Source: the human T2T-CHM13v2.0 reference genome, Homo sapiens. From it: 64,000 bases of DNA. The notes under the pieces were generated by a model that worked only from the letters and a program-made list of their open reading frames with translations, made no database searches and had not been told where the DNA came from. The stretch is taken from assembly GCF_009914755.1 (NCBI RefSeq), contig NC_060927.1. One strand, given 5' to 3'. The position numbers and the translations under genes are program-made. This document shows positions 15,330 through 28,865 of the stretch, one piece after another (the stretch's first letter is position 1; each line of letters begins with the position of its first letter).

Positions 15330-16053
15330 AGCTGTTGCAGCTATATTAATAACATAAAAAAAATGTTAAAGTAAAATATTATTAGAGGACAGAGAATTCA
15401 ATTTACTATCTAATTCAATTCTCCAAGAAGAAAAAAAGTAATTTTAAATGTGTAGTTACCTAATAAAATTGCCTTAAACTATATGAAGTAAATTTTATTG
15501 AAACTTCAGGAACAGAGTAATAAATTCATCATTGTAATGGGAGATTTCAGCACACCTCTCTCATCTATTGACAATTTAAATAGGAAAAAAAGCAAAGATA
15601 TACAAGATCTGAACAACACAATTAAAAAATTAACCTAAAGAACATATATTGAATTATATATCCAAAAACTAAAATAATACATATTTTTTCAAGTATATAT
15701 GAATATTTATAAAAATTTATTATGATTTAGGCCATAAAGAAATCCACAACAATTTTATAAAAACAAGCATGCAATGAAGTTGGACAATTATACAAATATA
15801 ATTTTTTTAATTCCTACTTATTTAAAAAAATTTTAAACATCTTGATAAACTACTCAAGTTAAAAATGAAGTCATAATGGAAATGTTAAAACATCTAAAAC
15901 TGGCTTAAAATTTTTTTAACTACGTATCAAAATTTATGTGATGAAGCAAAAGCAGTGACATAAGGGAAATTTGTAGCTTTAAACATAAATATTATGGGGG
16001 AAAAAACAAAGTCTCAAAATTAATGAATTGATTTCCCATCATCAGAGTTTAGA

Positions 16054-16346
16054 GGCCAGGCCTGGTGTCACACACCTGTAATTCCAGCACCTTAGGACGC
16101 TAAAGCAGGAGGACCACTTGAGTCCAGGAATTTGAGACCAGCCTAGGAAATATAGTGAGACTCCTGTCTCTACAGTTTAAAAATGAGCCAGGCATGGTGG
16201 CATGTGCCTATAGTCCCAGCTCCTCCGGGGGCTGAGGTAGGAGAATCGCTTGATCAAGGCTGCAGTGAGCAGTGATCATACCATTGCACCCCAGTCTGGG
16301 CAACAGAACAAGATCCTGTCTCAAAAAAAAAAAAAAAAAAAAAAAA
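16054..16346 (+). mobile_element. Alu SINE (AluJ-like)
   Basis: 'ggaccacttgagtccagg', 'aaggctgcagtgagcagtgatc', poly(A); short TSD agagtttaga/agaatttaga. Confidence 0.95.
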
Positions 16347-17270
16347 GAATTTAGAAAAAGAACAATAGGATAAAACTAAAGAAAATACAAGAAGGAATGA
16401 GGTAAAATAAAACAACGATAAAATAGAGAAGACTAACGAAGCCAAAAAATTAGCTATTTGAAAACTTAACAAAATGAACAAACTTTGACAAAATTACACA
16501 ACAAAAACAGAGAAGGCTCAAATGATTTCAGAAATTTTAAAAAACAGAAAAAAATTACTACTGAAAAGTTAGAAGTTATAAAATGAGTTCTGCTTTCAAA
16601 CAAACTGAAGAATCAAGGCCCAGATTGACCCTCCTACCAGAAACAACCAAAAAAAAAGAAGTCACAATATATGAAACAGTAGTTTTCAGATATTGATCAT
16701 CAGGCATAATTGACAGTGATTCCTCCTGAGAAAGGAGGAACAAATGAGGGAAGTCTCACAGTTACCTCAGCGTACTGTCTGTAGAGAGTTTTCAGGCTGC
16801 AGCTTAGGCAGGATCTGTAGTATCTCGATCACATTACTAGTGGGAATGTAAATGAGTGCAACACTGTGGAAAATAATTTAGCACTATATTGTATAGTTGA
16901 AGACATATGTATCTTGTAGTCTAGCAATTCCACTCCTAGGTATATATCAAGAGAAACTCTTTAACATATACAACTTGATACATGTACAAGATTGTTCACA
17001 ATAGCAAAAACATGGAAACATCACAAATCTCCACCCACAGCAGAGTAGATGAATAAACCATGTTATATATCTACAGCAGTCAAAACTAATAAATTATAAA
17101 GAGACATGCTGCCTATGGATGAATTCTAGCAATATGATATTAATGCAATAAAAGAAATTCCCCCAAAGAATACTTCCAGCATGATACTATTTTTGTAATG
17201 ATAAAAATAAGTAAAATAAAGCAATATAGGAACAAATAAAAATGTAATTAATCTATATTTTTAAAAAAGC

Positions 17271-18685
17271 AGCTTCCACTTCCAGGAAGATAAAGTATAT
17301 GTACTTTTCCTCATCCCTCTCACCAAGCACAATTAAAAACCCTGGATATAACATACAAAACAAATATCAAAAGACTGAAAGGGAGAGAAACTAAAGGAGA
17401 CTTCCTTGGAACGTTGGGCTCAAGGAAAACAAGTGGTGGGTACCATGAACGTTTTTTTCTACCAGACGTAAAACTGAAGAAGCCAGAAACACAGAAACAC
17501 CAATGGGCACAGAGGAAAAAAAAAAAAAAAAAACACCCTAACAAAAGAATACTCTCCCTAGCCAATAACAAAAACACAGGAGACAGCCTAGCAAGACAGA
17601 AAACCTGTAGGCAATAATTACTCTACTTTAGCAAAACACCACAGAAAAACTATGGCTTGCCCCATGCCAGCAAAGGCTGAGTGAGGAAGTCTAGATTTCC
17701 ACCCCTAATAGGAATCCCCTTACCAAACCAGACAGTACAAAATGAAACTGATGGACCAAAATCCCTTATGAATATAGATGTAAAAATCCTCAACAAAATA
17801 TTAGCAAATAGAATTCAACAATATATAAAAAAAGAATGATGTATCATGAACAAGTTGGACTTTAACAAACTACGAAAGAAAACTTCCATTATTGTATGAA
17901 TAGATGCAGAAAAATCATTTGACAAAATTCAACGCTCATTCGTGACAAAAACTCTTAGCAAAATAGTACTAGAGAGAAACTTCTTCAGCTTAGTAAAGAG
18001 TATCTATTACCAAGAAAATCCTTACAGCTAACATTATACTTAATGGTGAAAGGCTGAATGTTTTTCCCTGAAGACTGGGAACAAGGCAAGGATGTCTGCT
18101 CTCACCACTCTTATTCTACATAGTGCTGGAAGGTCTAGCCAGTGCAATAATGCAAGAAAAAGAAATAAAAGCATGCAAATCAGAAAAGAAGGTACAAAAA
18201 TGTCCCTATTACAGATGACATGATTGTCTACATAGAAAATCCCAAGGAATTTCAAAGAAAAAAAATTTACAAATAAAGAGTAAATTCAGTAAGGTTGCAG
18301 AATATAAGAAAAATTTACAAATATGAGTTATATTTATATACCACCAATGAACACTTGTGGACACTGAAATTAAAAAGTATAATATTTACTATTACACAAA
18401 AAATTAAAATACTTAGGTGCTAAATCTAACAAAACATGTACACTACTTGTATGCTGAAAACTACAAAATACAATGAAATAAATAAATAAACCTAAATAAA
18501 TGGAGAGACATGTTTATGGATTGAAAGAATCAACTTAGTAAAACTATCAGTTCTCCCCAAATTGACATACAAGTTTAATACAATTTCTATCAAAATCCAA
18601 GCAATAATTTTTATGGATGTAGGCAGGATTATTCTAAAGTTTATATGTAAGTGCTCGGGAACCAGAATAGCTAAAACATAACAGT
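17271..18685 (+). mobile_element. L1MD-like LINE-1, 5' part and ORF2 RT remnant
   Basis: 5'UTR-like start 'cttccacttccaggaag'; RT motifs 'aatatagatgtaaaaatcctcaacaaaatattagcaaa', 'gggaacaaggcaaggatgtctgctctcaccact', 'gatgacatgattgtctacatagaaaatcc' (DDMIVY). Confidence 0.85.
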
Positions 18686-19626
18686 TTAGAGGTGATTGTC
18701 AGCAAGATTGCAGAATAGAAAGCACTGGATCCTCCTTTCCTCCATAACACACCAATTCAATAACAATTCACAGAACAATCCCTTTGTGAGAAATCCAGAA
18801 ATTGGTTGAGAGACTCCTGCATCCTGGGCAAGCATGAAACCAGCCACACAGAAGCCAATAGGAATAGTCAAGATACTGTCTAGCTGTAGCCCTACCGCTG
18901 GCATAGCACCATATGACTGGGAGAAAACCCTCAGCTCCTAACTTCTTCCTGGGGAAAGAAAAATATTCTGATCCTTCTGGGAGCTACCCAAAGCACTAAC
19001 TTCTATTTTACCTGTCTCAGAATACTGACAGGAACCAGCATTCTCTAGTCACTGGAGGCCACTGGGAAAAAAGACTGCAGCTTGAATTAGCAAACTAGCA
19101 CATGCTGCAGCCCCACTCTCTGACTCAGTGCAAAGCAAGCAGGTAAAAAAAAACTCAGCTTCCAGCTTCTCCCTGGAGAGGGAAGGAAATAACTAAACAT
19201 ACATTCAATGTTCTTATTTTTCTGTAGGCTACCCAAGGCACTGCCTTCTGTCTCAGGCTACTGAATGGACACAGCAAACTCTAGATGCCTGGGGGCCATT
19301 GGGAGAAAAGATAATGATTTAAACTATTTAGAATGAAGGTTTTAGAGACCCGCAGTACTTCTGGCTGGGCTGATTGGTCAGAGTCTTCTGTATCAGACTA
19401 GTCCCTGAAGACTGATAAAGGCTATGTGTGAAAAGCCTATAGCTAATATCATACTTGGCAGTGAAAAGTGAAAACTTGTCCTCTAAGGAATAATTCAAGG
19501 ATGCCCACTCTTACCACTTCCATTCAACATAGTACTGGAAGTCCTAGCCAGAGCAATTAGGCAAGAAAAAAGAATAAAAGTGATCCAAATGGAAAAGGAA
19601 GAAGTAAAATTATCTGTTTGCATGAT

Positions 19627-19929
19627 TTTTTTTTCTTTTTTTGTCTTGAGACAGAGTCCTGCTCTGTCACCCAGGCCGGAGTGCAATGACACAATCTCGG
19701 CTCACTGCAACGCCCAACTCCCCAGTTCAAGTGATTCTCCTGCCTCAGCCTCCTGAGTAGCTGGGACTGCAGGCGCCTGCCACCACACCCAGCTAATTTT
19801 TGCATTTTTAGTAGAGACAGGGTTTCGCCATGTTAGCAAGGCTGGTCTCGAACTCCTGACCTCAGGTGATCTGCCTACCTCAATCTCCCAAAGTGCTGGG
19901 ATTACAGGCATGAGCCACTGCACCTGGCC
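19627..19929 (-). mobile_element. Alu SINE (AluSx-like) inserted in L1 ORF2
   Basis: TSD tgtttgcatgat at 19615-19626 and 19930-19941. Confidence 0.97.
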
Positions 19930-21130
19930 TGTTTGCATGATGTTATATATAAAAGCCTTAAAGATTTCACATGACAAAAAGCCTTAGAACTTACAAATAA
20001 ATTTGGTAAAGTTGCAGAATACAAAATTAACACACAAAAATTAGTTGTGTTTCTATACACTAAGAACAAACTATCTGAAAAGGTTATTAGCAAAGCAATC
20101 TTATTTGCAATAGCACCAAAAAAGAAAATATGTAGGAATGGACTTAACTAGTAAGGTGAATTACTTCTTCATTGAAATCTATAAAACATTCACAAAAGAA
20201 ATTTTAAAAGACACAAACAAATGGAAAGATATCCATGTTTATGGATTGGAAGACTTAATAATGTTAAAATATCTATGCTATCCAAAGAGATTTACAGATT
20301 CATTGCAATCGCTATCAAAATTCCAATGACATTTTTATAAAAATAGGAAAAAAAATACTAAAATTCATATGGAACCACAAAAGACCCCAAATAGCCAAAA
20401 CAATCTTGAGAAAGAAGAACAAAGCTGGAGGCACAACATTTCTTGTTTTCAAAACATATTACAGAACTACAGTAATTAAAAGAGTGTGTTACTGTTGTAA
20501 AGACGGACATACAAACCAAGGAACAGAATAAAGAACCCAGAAATCAATCCACACATATATAAACAACTGATCTTAAAAATGGATGCCAAGAATAAACAAC
20601 AAAGAAAGAATAGTCTCTTCAACAAATGGTGTCAGAAAAACAGGATAGTGACATGAAAAAAAAATGAAATTTGACCTTTATACCATACACAAAAGTCAAC
20701 TCAAAATTGATTAAAGACTCAAACATAAAACCTGAAGCTATAACACTCCTAAGAATATATATAGAAGGAAAACTTCATAACACTGGTCTTAACAATGATT
20801 TCTTGGATATGACACCAAAAGCACAGTCAACAAAAGCAAAAATAATCAAGTGGGATTGTATCAAAGTGAAAAACTGTACAAAAAAAAAACAATTAACTGA
20901 GTTAAAGGCAACCTACAGAATGAGAGAAAATATTTGCAAACCATATATCTGATAAAGGGTTAATATCCAAAATATATAAGGAACTCCTTGAACACAATAG
21001 CAAAAAACAAAAAACAAATAACCCAATGTAAAAATGGACAAAGGACTTGCATAGACATTTCCCCAAAGAAGACATCCAAATGGCCAATAGGTATAATATG
21101 AAAAGATGTTTAACATCACCAATCATCAGG

Positions 21131-22554
21131 TGTAATACTATGATAAAATAAAAAAAAATAGATTTTGGTCTTTATTCCTGGCTCCTGAACAGAACTTCTA
21201 AAACGCTTATAATTTCCTAAATGACAAGAACAAAAGTAGCATATTTTGTCATAAATTTGGTTTTTGTCCCCAGTTTTTAAAATAGCTCCAGAGTGGTAAA
21301 AGTGGAAGGAGCATCTTTTGTTGTTCATTACAAGCCACTTTCAACCACATCTGAGTTTATATTAATGAGATAACTTTTGGAAAGCCCCTAAGAATGGGGC
21401 TGATTGCCAGGGAAACCAACCATATGATTAGAGAGTTGGAACTTTCAGCCCCACTTCCCCAACCTTTGGGGAGGGGAGAGAGACTGGAGATTGGCCTAAA
21501 CACCAGTGGTCAATGATTTAATCAATTATGGCTACATAATGAAGCTTCCATAGAAAAAAACAAAAGGATGGAGTTCAGAGAGCTTCTGGGTTGGTGAGCA
21601 CATGGTGATACTGGGAAATGGCATGACCAGAGAGGGCATGGAAGCTCTGTGCCTCTCCCCCATACCTTGCCCCGTGCATCTCTTCTGGCTGTTCCTGAAT
21701 TATATCCTTTTATAATAAGTCAGTTGACGCAGGGCAGGTGATCCCCAAAATCGGGGAAACCCCAGGGCGGTATTTGGCTTCAACCAGGAAAGAATTCAAG
21801 GGCAAGCCAGTTGTGTTAGACAGCAACTTTAATTGAAGTGGCAGCGTACAGCAGCAGCAGAGGCACCGCTCCTTGCAGAGCAGGGCTACCCCACAGGCAG
21901 TGTACCCAGAGTAGCAACTCAGAGGCACTTCCACAGTCATATTTATACCTGCTTTTAATTATATGCGAATTAAGAAGTGTATTATGTAGAAATTTCTAGG
22001 AAAGGGGTGGTAATTTCCAGATCATCAGGTCGTTGTCATGGAAAGCAGGGATAACGTCCTTGTGCTGCTATGGCAACGGTAAACTGACACGGTGCACTGG
22101 TGGGCACGTCTTATGGAAAGCTGCTTCCACCCTGTTTCTGTTTTAGCTAGTCCTCAATTTAATTCGGTGCCAGAGCCTTGCCTCTGTAGTCAAGTCCCAC
22201 CTCCTACCTCACAGTAATCTAGTAACTGTTTTCCTGAGTTCTGTGAGCTATCCTAGCAAATTATTGAACATGAGGAGAAGATTACAGGAACCTTTGATTT
22301 ATAGCACGAGTAATAATGTGGACTTGTGATTGGCATCTAAAGTTGGGGTCTTGTGGGATTGAGCCTTTACTCTTTACATCTGATGCTAATTCCAGGTACA
22401 TAATGTCAGAATTGAATTCAATTGTGGGACACCCAATTGTTATCCACTGTGAATTGGAGACTTGGTTGTTATGGGGGAAAACCACCCCACACATTTGGTA
22501 TCAGATGTGTTCTGTGTAAGCATAGAAATAAAAATAGTTTGTTTTTGTTTTTAT
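21131..22554 (+). mobile_element. MER21-like LTR inserted into the L1 3' region
   Basis: TGTAA start; 'gccagggaaaccaaccatatgattagagagttggaactttcagcccc', 'tggtcaatgatttaatcaat', 'gggaaaaccaccccacacatttggtatcaga' are MER21-like. Confidence 0.8.
21725..22211 (-). mobile_element. ERV1-class solo LTR (LTR19-like) nested in MER21
   Basis: TG...CA termini with 4-bp TSD cagt (21721-21724, 22212-22215); minus strand begins TGAGGTAGGAGGTGGGACTTGAC. Confidence 0.8.
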
Positions 22555-23275
22555 AGAGAAATGCAAATCAAAACCACAATGAGACATTGCCTCACACCTG
22601 TTGGAATGGCTATTATGAAAAACATAAAAGGTACATATTGGAGAGGATGTGGAGAAATTGGAACTCTTGTGCATTGTTGGTGGGAATATAAAATGGTACA
22701 GCCACTATGGAAAATAGCGTAGACGTTCCTCAAATATTTAAAAATAGAAATGCCATTTGATTCAGCAATCCCACTTCTGGGTATTTATCCAAAATAATTG
22801 AAATCAGGATCTCCTAGGGATAATCGCACTTCCATGTTCATTGCAGCATGATTTACAATAAGTACAATGCAGAAATAATCTAAATGTACCTCAATATATG
22901 AATGAATAAAGAAAATGTTGTATATACATAAAATGGAATATTACTCAGCCTTTAAAAATAAGGAAATCCTGCCATATAAGAGGAAATTATGCTAACTGAA
23001 AGAAGACAGTTACAGAAAGACAAATACTACATGATACCACTTATATGAGGTATATAAAACAGTCAAACACATAGAAGCAGAGTAAAATGGTGGTTGCCGG
23101 GGCCAGGGAAAGGGGGAAATGGGGAGTTGCTAATCAACAGGTGTGAAGTTTCCATTATCCAAGATGATTAAGGCACAACATTGTGCCTATAATTAACAAT
23201 ACTGTACTGTACACTTAAAATGTTTTAAGAGGATAGATGTCATGTTGAGCATTCTTACCACAATAAAAAATATAT

Positions 23276-23880
23276 AATATGATTCACCAGTTGCAGTTCT
23301 AGACATTTATCCTAGAGAAATGAGGACATATTCACAAAAAAAAACTGTACGTGAATATTTATAGAAGCTTTATTTGTAATAGCCCAAAACTGAAAACAAC
23401 CCAGATGTCATTAAGTGGGGAAATAGTTAACAAACTGTAGCACATCCATACCATGGAAACTCAGCAATAAAAAGGGTTGGACTATTAGTGAACACGACAA
23501 TCTGGATGAGTCATCAGAGAATTATGCTGAGTGAAAAAAAAATACTAAAGATTGTTTACTGTTTGATTCCATTTATATAACATGCTTGAAATGACAAAAT
23601 TACAGAAATGGAGAATAATCTAATGGTTATCAAGAGCTAAGGCGGAGGGCAGAATAAAGTTGTGACTATGAAAGGTCAGCATAACTGATCCTTGTGGTGA
23701 TGGAAATGTTCTGCATCTTGACTCTATCAGTTTTAATATCCTGGTCGTGATGTTATACTGTAGCTTTTCAAGACGTTGCCATTGGAAGAATCTGAATAAA
23801 GGGTACAAGGGATCTCTCTGTGTATTTTTACAATTGTATGTGAATCTAGAGTAAACTCGAAATAAAAACTTTAAAAAACA
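23276..23880 (+). mobile_element. L1MD-like 3' end (probable continuation of the element at 17271-18685)
   Basis: 'ccagttgcagttctagacatttatcctagagaaatga', 'gatccttgtggtgatggaaatgttctgcatcttgact', 'gggtacaagggatctctctgtgtatttttacaattgtatgtgaatct'; A-rich end. Confidence 0.8.
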
Positions 23881-24145
23881 AAGGAAAGCAATAGAATGAT
23901 CAATGCTGCTCTCAGGAAGATGGTCCTCTTGTGCAGAGGAAGTCAGGGAAATGAAGGAAGAGAAGACCATGTAGTTAGACGTAGGTTATTGTCCTCTTAT
24001 TTTGGGTGCTAAGTTTACAGGTGCTTATTATGTTATTGATAACTAAGTAAATAATTCAAAGCAAAAGTTAAAATACAAGACACTGGTTTTACATTTTGTC
24101 TCAGTGTCTTATATTCTAAATAAAATATTGTGGCTAGACAATGCT

Positions 24146-24548
24146 ATGTATGCATTCAGCAAACTGTTTTATTTTCGTCTCAGGCACAAGGAAAATCTAC
24201 ATTTCCTATATTCCTGTGCATCCAGATGGGACTGTGTAACTCAGTTCTGGCTGATGGTATTGGCCAAAAGTGAAGTACATGACTTCAGTACTGCCCATAA
24301 AACATCCTTTACAATCTGCCACCATATTCCTCCTTCATTCCCATGGCTAAAAAGTGGTAGAGCTGTACAATAGAGGAAGCGTAGATAAATGAATTTACTG
24401 CCTGGAGGAGAGCCACTCAGGAAAGCCTTCTGACCGGGAATATCTGTATTGAATTCTGCAGGAGCTAAGAAGAAATTTCATTGAATTAAGCCACTGTGAT
24501 TTGAGTTTTTATTTATTATTACAGAATAATCTAGCCTGCCCTAATATA
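24146..24548 (+). mobile_element. MaLR LTR (MLT1J-like)
   Basis: 'ctacatttcc...gggactgtgtaactcagttctggctgatgg...ttaagccactgtgatttgag...tagcctgccctaatata'. Confidence 0.65.
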
Positions 24549-24937
24549 GATGCCAAAAAGATCCCCCCCAAAAAATGATGGAAACTCAAAATAGCAAAGA
24601 CTAGAATGTCTGATGAATTGCCCAAATCTGGGAGAAATAGCCACTATTGCAAAGTCCTTAGAATTAGATTGAGAAATATAACTGGTGATCCATGAACGTG
24701 TTGGCACTGGGTTGCAGCAAACCTGATGGCTGAAAAGAAGGTAGAAAGATGCTTTGCCCCTCCCAACTGTCTGCTCTGGCTCAGAAATGCAAAGACACTG
24801 CCAACCAAAAAATGGAGCAGCCATTCCTCTACTCCTACAGTGCTGCTTTCAAAGCTGCTTTTAACCAGTTCTGTTACCTCCCCTTCCACCTCTATCCCAT
24901 TCTCGCCAGAATTTTTCTAGTTAAAAAAAAATTACAC

Positions 24938-25184
24938 GCTTGGGAGGCTGAGGCAGGCAGATCGCTCGGGCTCAGGAGTTCAAGACCGGTCTGGGTAACC
25001 TGGTGAAATCCCGTCTCTACAAAAAAATACAAAAATTAGCCAGGCATGGTTGCGCCTGCCTGTAGTCCCAGCAATTCAGGAGGCTGATGTGGGAGGATCG
25101 CTTTAGCATGGGAGTTTGCAGTGAGCCAAGATCACACCTCTGCACTCGAGCCTGGGTGACGAAGAGAGATCCTGTCTCAAAAAA
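24938..25184 (+). mobile_element. 5'-truncated Alu (AluJ-like)
   Basis: Starts at 'ttgggaggctgaggcaggcagatcgctc'; right arm ends 'cctgtctcaaaaa'. Confidence 0.92.
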
Positions 25185-25371
25185 TACATAGATACAGATA
25201 TATTTGGAACCCCCTTTGTAATCTTCCCAAATTCTTCATCTGTCCTTATTACCCTGTTCTGAATATGGTGCCCATTTTTTCATGTTTTCATACTTTTACT
25301 ACATATGTGCTTGCCCTAAAGTAATATATAATAGTGTGGAGTGTATTTTAAAAATTTACCTAAATGTGAGC

Positions 25372-25488
25372 TGTGTTAGTCAGAGTTCTCCAGAGAAACA
25401 GAACCAATAGGACATAGACAGAAAGACAGACAAGCAGTTCTGAAGATTTATTATAGCAATTGGTTCATGCAATTATAAAGACCAAGAG
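25372..25488 (-). mobile_element. MLT2 (ERVL) LTR 3'-end fragment
   Basis: 'tgtgttagtcagagttctccagagaaacagaaccaatagga...gatttattatagcaattggttcatgcaattat'. Confidence 0.8.
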
Positions 25489-25572
25489 TTATAAGTATCG
25501 ATGTGAATAAATGTAAAAAGTATAGTGTCAAATGAAAAAATAAGTTGCAAAAGGATCCATAGGATAGGCTTC

Positions 25573-26136
25573 TATGGTGGCTAATTTTATATATCCACTT
25601 GACTGGGATAAGGGATATCCAGACAGCTGGAAAAAGCATTTATCTCTGAGTGTGTTTGTGAGGATATTTCCAGAAGAGATCACTATTTGAATTGCTGAAC
25701 TCAGCAGAGCAGATGACTGTCCTCAGTGTGGGTGGGCATCTTTCAACCGATGGAGGAACTGAATAAAACAAAAAGACAGAGGAAGGGTGAATTTGCTTTC
25801 TCTGCTTGAGCTGAGATATCCATGTTCTCCAGCCGTCAGACATCGGAGTTCCTGGTTCTCAGTCTGGTAGACTCAGATTGTGTCTAACACCAACAGTCCC
25901 TCAATTCTCAGGCCTTCAGACTCACACTGAATTACAGCAATGATTCTGGTTCTCCAGCTTGCAGATAGCATATCATGGGACTTCTCAGCCTCCATAATTA
26001 CGCGAACCAGTGTCCAAAATAGCTCTCCTCTTGTATATCTGTCTGTCTATCTATTTATCCATCCATCCATCCATCCATCCATCCATCCATCCATCCAAGT
26101 CCTGTTGGTTCTGTTTCTCTGGAGAACCCTAATACG
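25573..26136 (+). mobile_element. MLT2B-like ERVL LTR with internal (TCCA)n
   Basis: 'ggtggctaattttatatatccacttgactgg'...'cctgttggttctgtttctctggagaaccctaatac'; (TCCA)n at ~26058-26097. Confidence 0.85.
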
Positions 26137-28037
26137 GAATGCATGTTTTATAAGTTTGTTTTCCTATCTGAAAATTACTATTTGTCTTGTCACTGATTTA
26201 GATATTTTCTTATAACCTTTCATCTGGCTTTTTAATTTTCTTCTTTAAAAAGTCTTGCACTGTTCTTACGCACTTATTTTCCTGTGTTGAATGATATTAT
26301 GGTAGCTAGTCTTTTAAGATAGCCCTCCAATGAAATGTGCCTTCTGCTCTTGGTGCCCTTATGCAGTCTTCTTTCACATTGATTTTGGACTAGTTTTGTA
26401 TCAAAGGTATATATAATAGCCTCATAATATGTCTTGATAGCTCTTCCTCTTTTCCTGTTCTGTGGAAGAAGTTGTGTATAATAGAAATTATCTGACCCTT
26501 CTCTTTTTAAAGACAGCACTTTCCACTCTTGAGGAGCTTCCATTATTAAACTCCTTTCTTATAAATAAACTAAATTTTGATACTATATAACAAATTGTTT
26601 AATCCTGTCCTCTAGAGCTAGAAATAGTTACAAATGAAAACTTCAAGTATTTTGGTGTGGCTATTATACCTCTACCCATACCCAAAGATTTTTTTTTCAT
26701 TTTTGAGCATAAGTAACTGCAGTTGCTTTAACCAATTTTTCTGAAGGCTGCGAATACATGACCTCATCCCCCTCCACTGGACATGCTCCTGTTTATTGCA
26801 CCAAAATTCATGAATAAAGTTACAGAAGAAAATCATCTAAAAGATGGAATTGGCATGAGAGATGTGATCAAATAACAGATTATTATAATTGTCCCTCTTC
26901 TGTTTTTTAGTATGTTCAACATTTTCCACAAAAATAGTATAAACACTAAGAAAAAATGATAAGGAAAAATTAATTACCAAAAGGGAATGATATTATTATC
27001 TTAAATCCTATATATCAAAGAGCTGTTTTGCAAATATTCAGTCATGAGAAGGGGCATCATTATTGGTAACAAAAGTAGCCTTCATTAACATTGTGTTTTC
27101 CATGGCAGTCATACAAATTAAAAATGAAAAAAAAAGTCTTGAATGTACAGAAGTTCTTAATCCACAACACACTAATAATTTTTTTAACTATTGTATCTAG
27201 ATATTTGGTTTATACTTCATCCTAAGACCTCCAAATTCTAAAATTAAATACATTTATGAGTTTTACAGTATACCATTTTTGTGATTCTATCTTCTAATGG
27301 CTCAATAGTGATAAGAATGTCGAAAATCATGGGTTTATTTCTGAAATTAACTATCACTAAGTGGCCAAATTTGCTTTTGGTAAATATTAAGCAATAAGAA
27401 ACCTAAGATTAGACACAGTCTCATGTTCACTCAGACAACGAAGAACAAAGAACATTTGGTCCTTAATTAATCCAACAAGTATTAGTTTGAACTCCATTTC
27501 CCCTAAGATGAAGGACTCTAACAGAGGATCTTAAATGCATTTCAAAAGGCTTTTTAATATTTACAGGAAAAAAATAAAAAATTTCTTCTATACAATTATC
27601 TTTTTAAAATCAGCAATATAAAGAATGCTGGCAAATTAATGCTTTACAAGAAAATATTAAAATAATAGCTTGTGTTATTAAACAAATGTCTTAAGTTATC
27701 TGGAAACCATCAGGTATTCCTTCAACTTGAAGTTCTTGGTAGGGTACATGGGGCTGCTGGGTTGGGAATAGCAAATGTGACTTCAATTTTTTGAATCCCA
27801 AAGATTAGTAACCTATGAAGAAGGCATAATCTTTCAAATTGTCAGTCTAGTGTTTTTTATTAAAGGCTTCTTTAATGGAAGAAAAAAGATAAGCTACCTA
27901 TGTTCCTCTGAGGTGCTATAGATAGCACTTTGATATTGCACCATTGATCAGAATTGATCTTTATTTTTCTGAGCCAAGTGCAAGATAAAATAAAATGAAT
28001 TTCCTTCAATTCTCTGTCACTGAAAAGATTTGAATAT

Positions 28038-28469
28038 TGAATTAGTCAGGGTTGTCTAGAGAAACAGAGCCAATAGTAGGTGTGTATATAGAGAGAGATT
28101 TAAGGAATTGGCTCACACAACTGTGGAGGCTGACAAGTCCAGAACCTGCAGGGTAGGCCAACAGTCCACACCCCCAGGAAAGAATTAAGGTTACAACACA
28201 ACTCCACAGGCAATGTGCTGGTTAAATACCCTCTTCAGGATAGATCAGTCTTTTTTCTTAAGACCTTCAAAAAGCCTTTTTTCTTAAGACAATCAACTGA
28301 TTGGATGAGGCTCACCCACATTATGGAGAGTAATTTGTTTACGCAAAGTCTACTGCTTTAAATATTAACCTCACCTAAGAAATATCTTCACAGCAACATC
28401 CAGACATGTTTGATCAAATATCTAAGTACAGTAGCCTAGACAAATTGACACATAAAATTGACTATCACA
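28038..28469 (-). mobile_element. MLT2D-like ERVL LTR
   Basis: 'tgaattagtcagggttgtctagagaaacagagccaatag'...'caaattgacacataaaattgactatcaca'; near-TSD aatat/gatat. Confidence 0.85.
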
Positions 28470-28483
28470 GATATTCTGATCTA

Positions 28484-28813
<330 letters not shown>

Positions 28814-28863
<50 letters not shown>
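28814..28863. repeat. (AT)n microsatellite on an Alu tail
   Basis: ~25 uninterrupted AT units directly after the poly(A). Confidence 0.97.

Positions 28864-28865
<2 letters not shown>

Larger units (their letters stand above)
18690..23270 (+). mobile_element. L1MA9/L1MB-like LINE-1 (5'UTR, ORF2, 3'UTR), split by an Alu and an LTR
   Basis: ORF2 motifs 'caaggatgcccactcttaccacttccattcaacatagtactggaagtcctagccagagcaatt'; L1 text 'aatcatcagg|...|gagaaatgcaaatcaaaaccacaatgaga' resumes at ~22555; 3' end 'attcttaccacaataaaaaa'. Confidence 0.9.

Noticed and set aside
18040-22733. L1 ORF2-like peptides (e.g. 20138-20329, 20671-20952, 22462-22722)
   Set aside because: Frameshifted, stop-ridden fragments of old L1M copies; not an active L1 or a host gene
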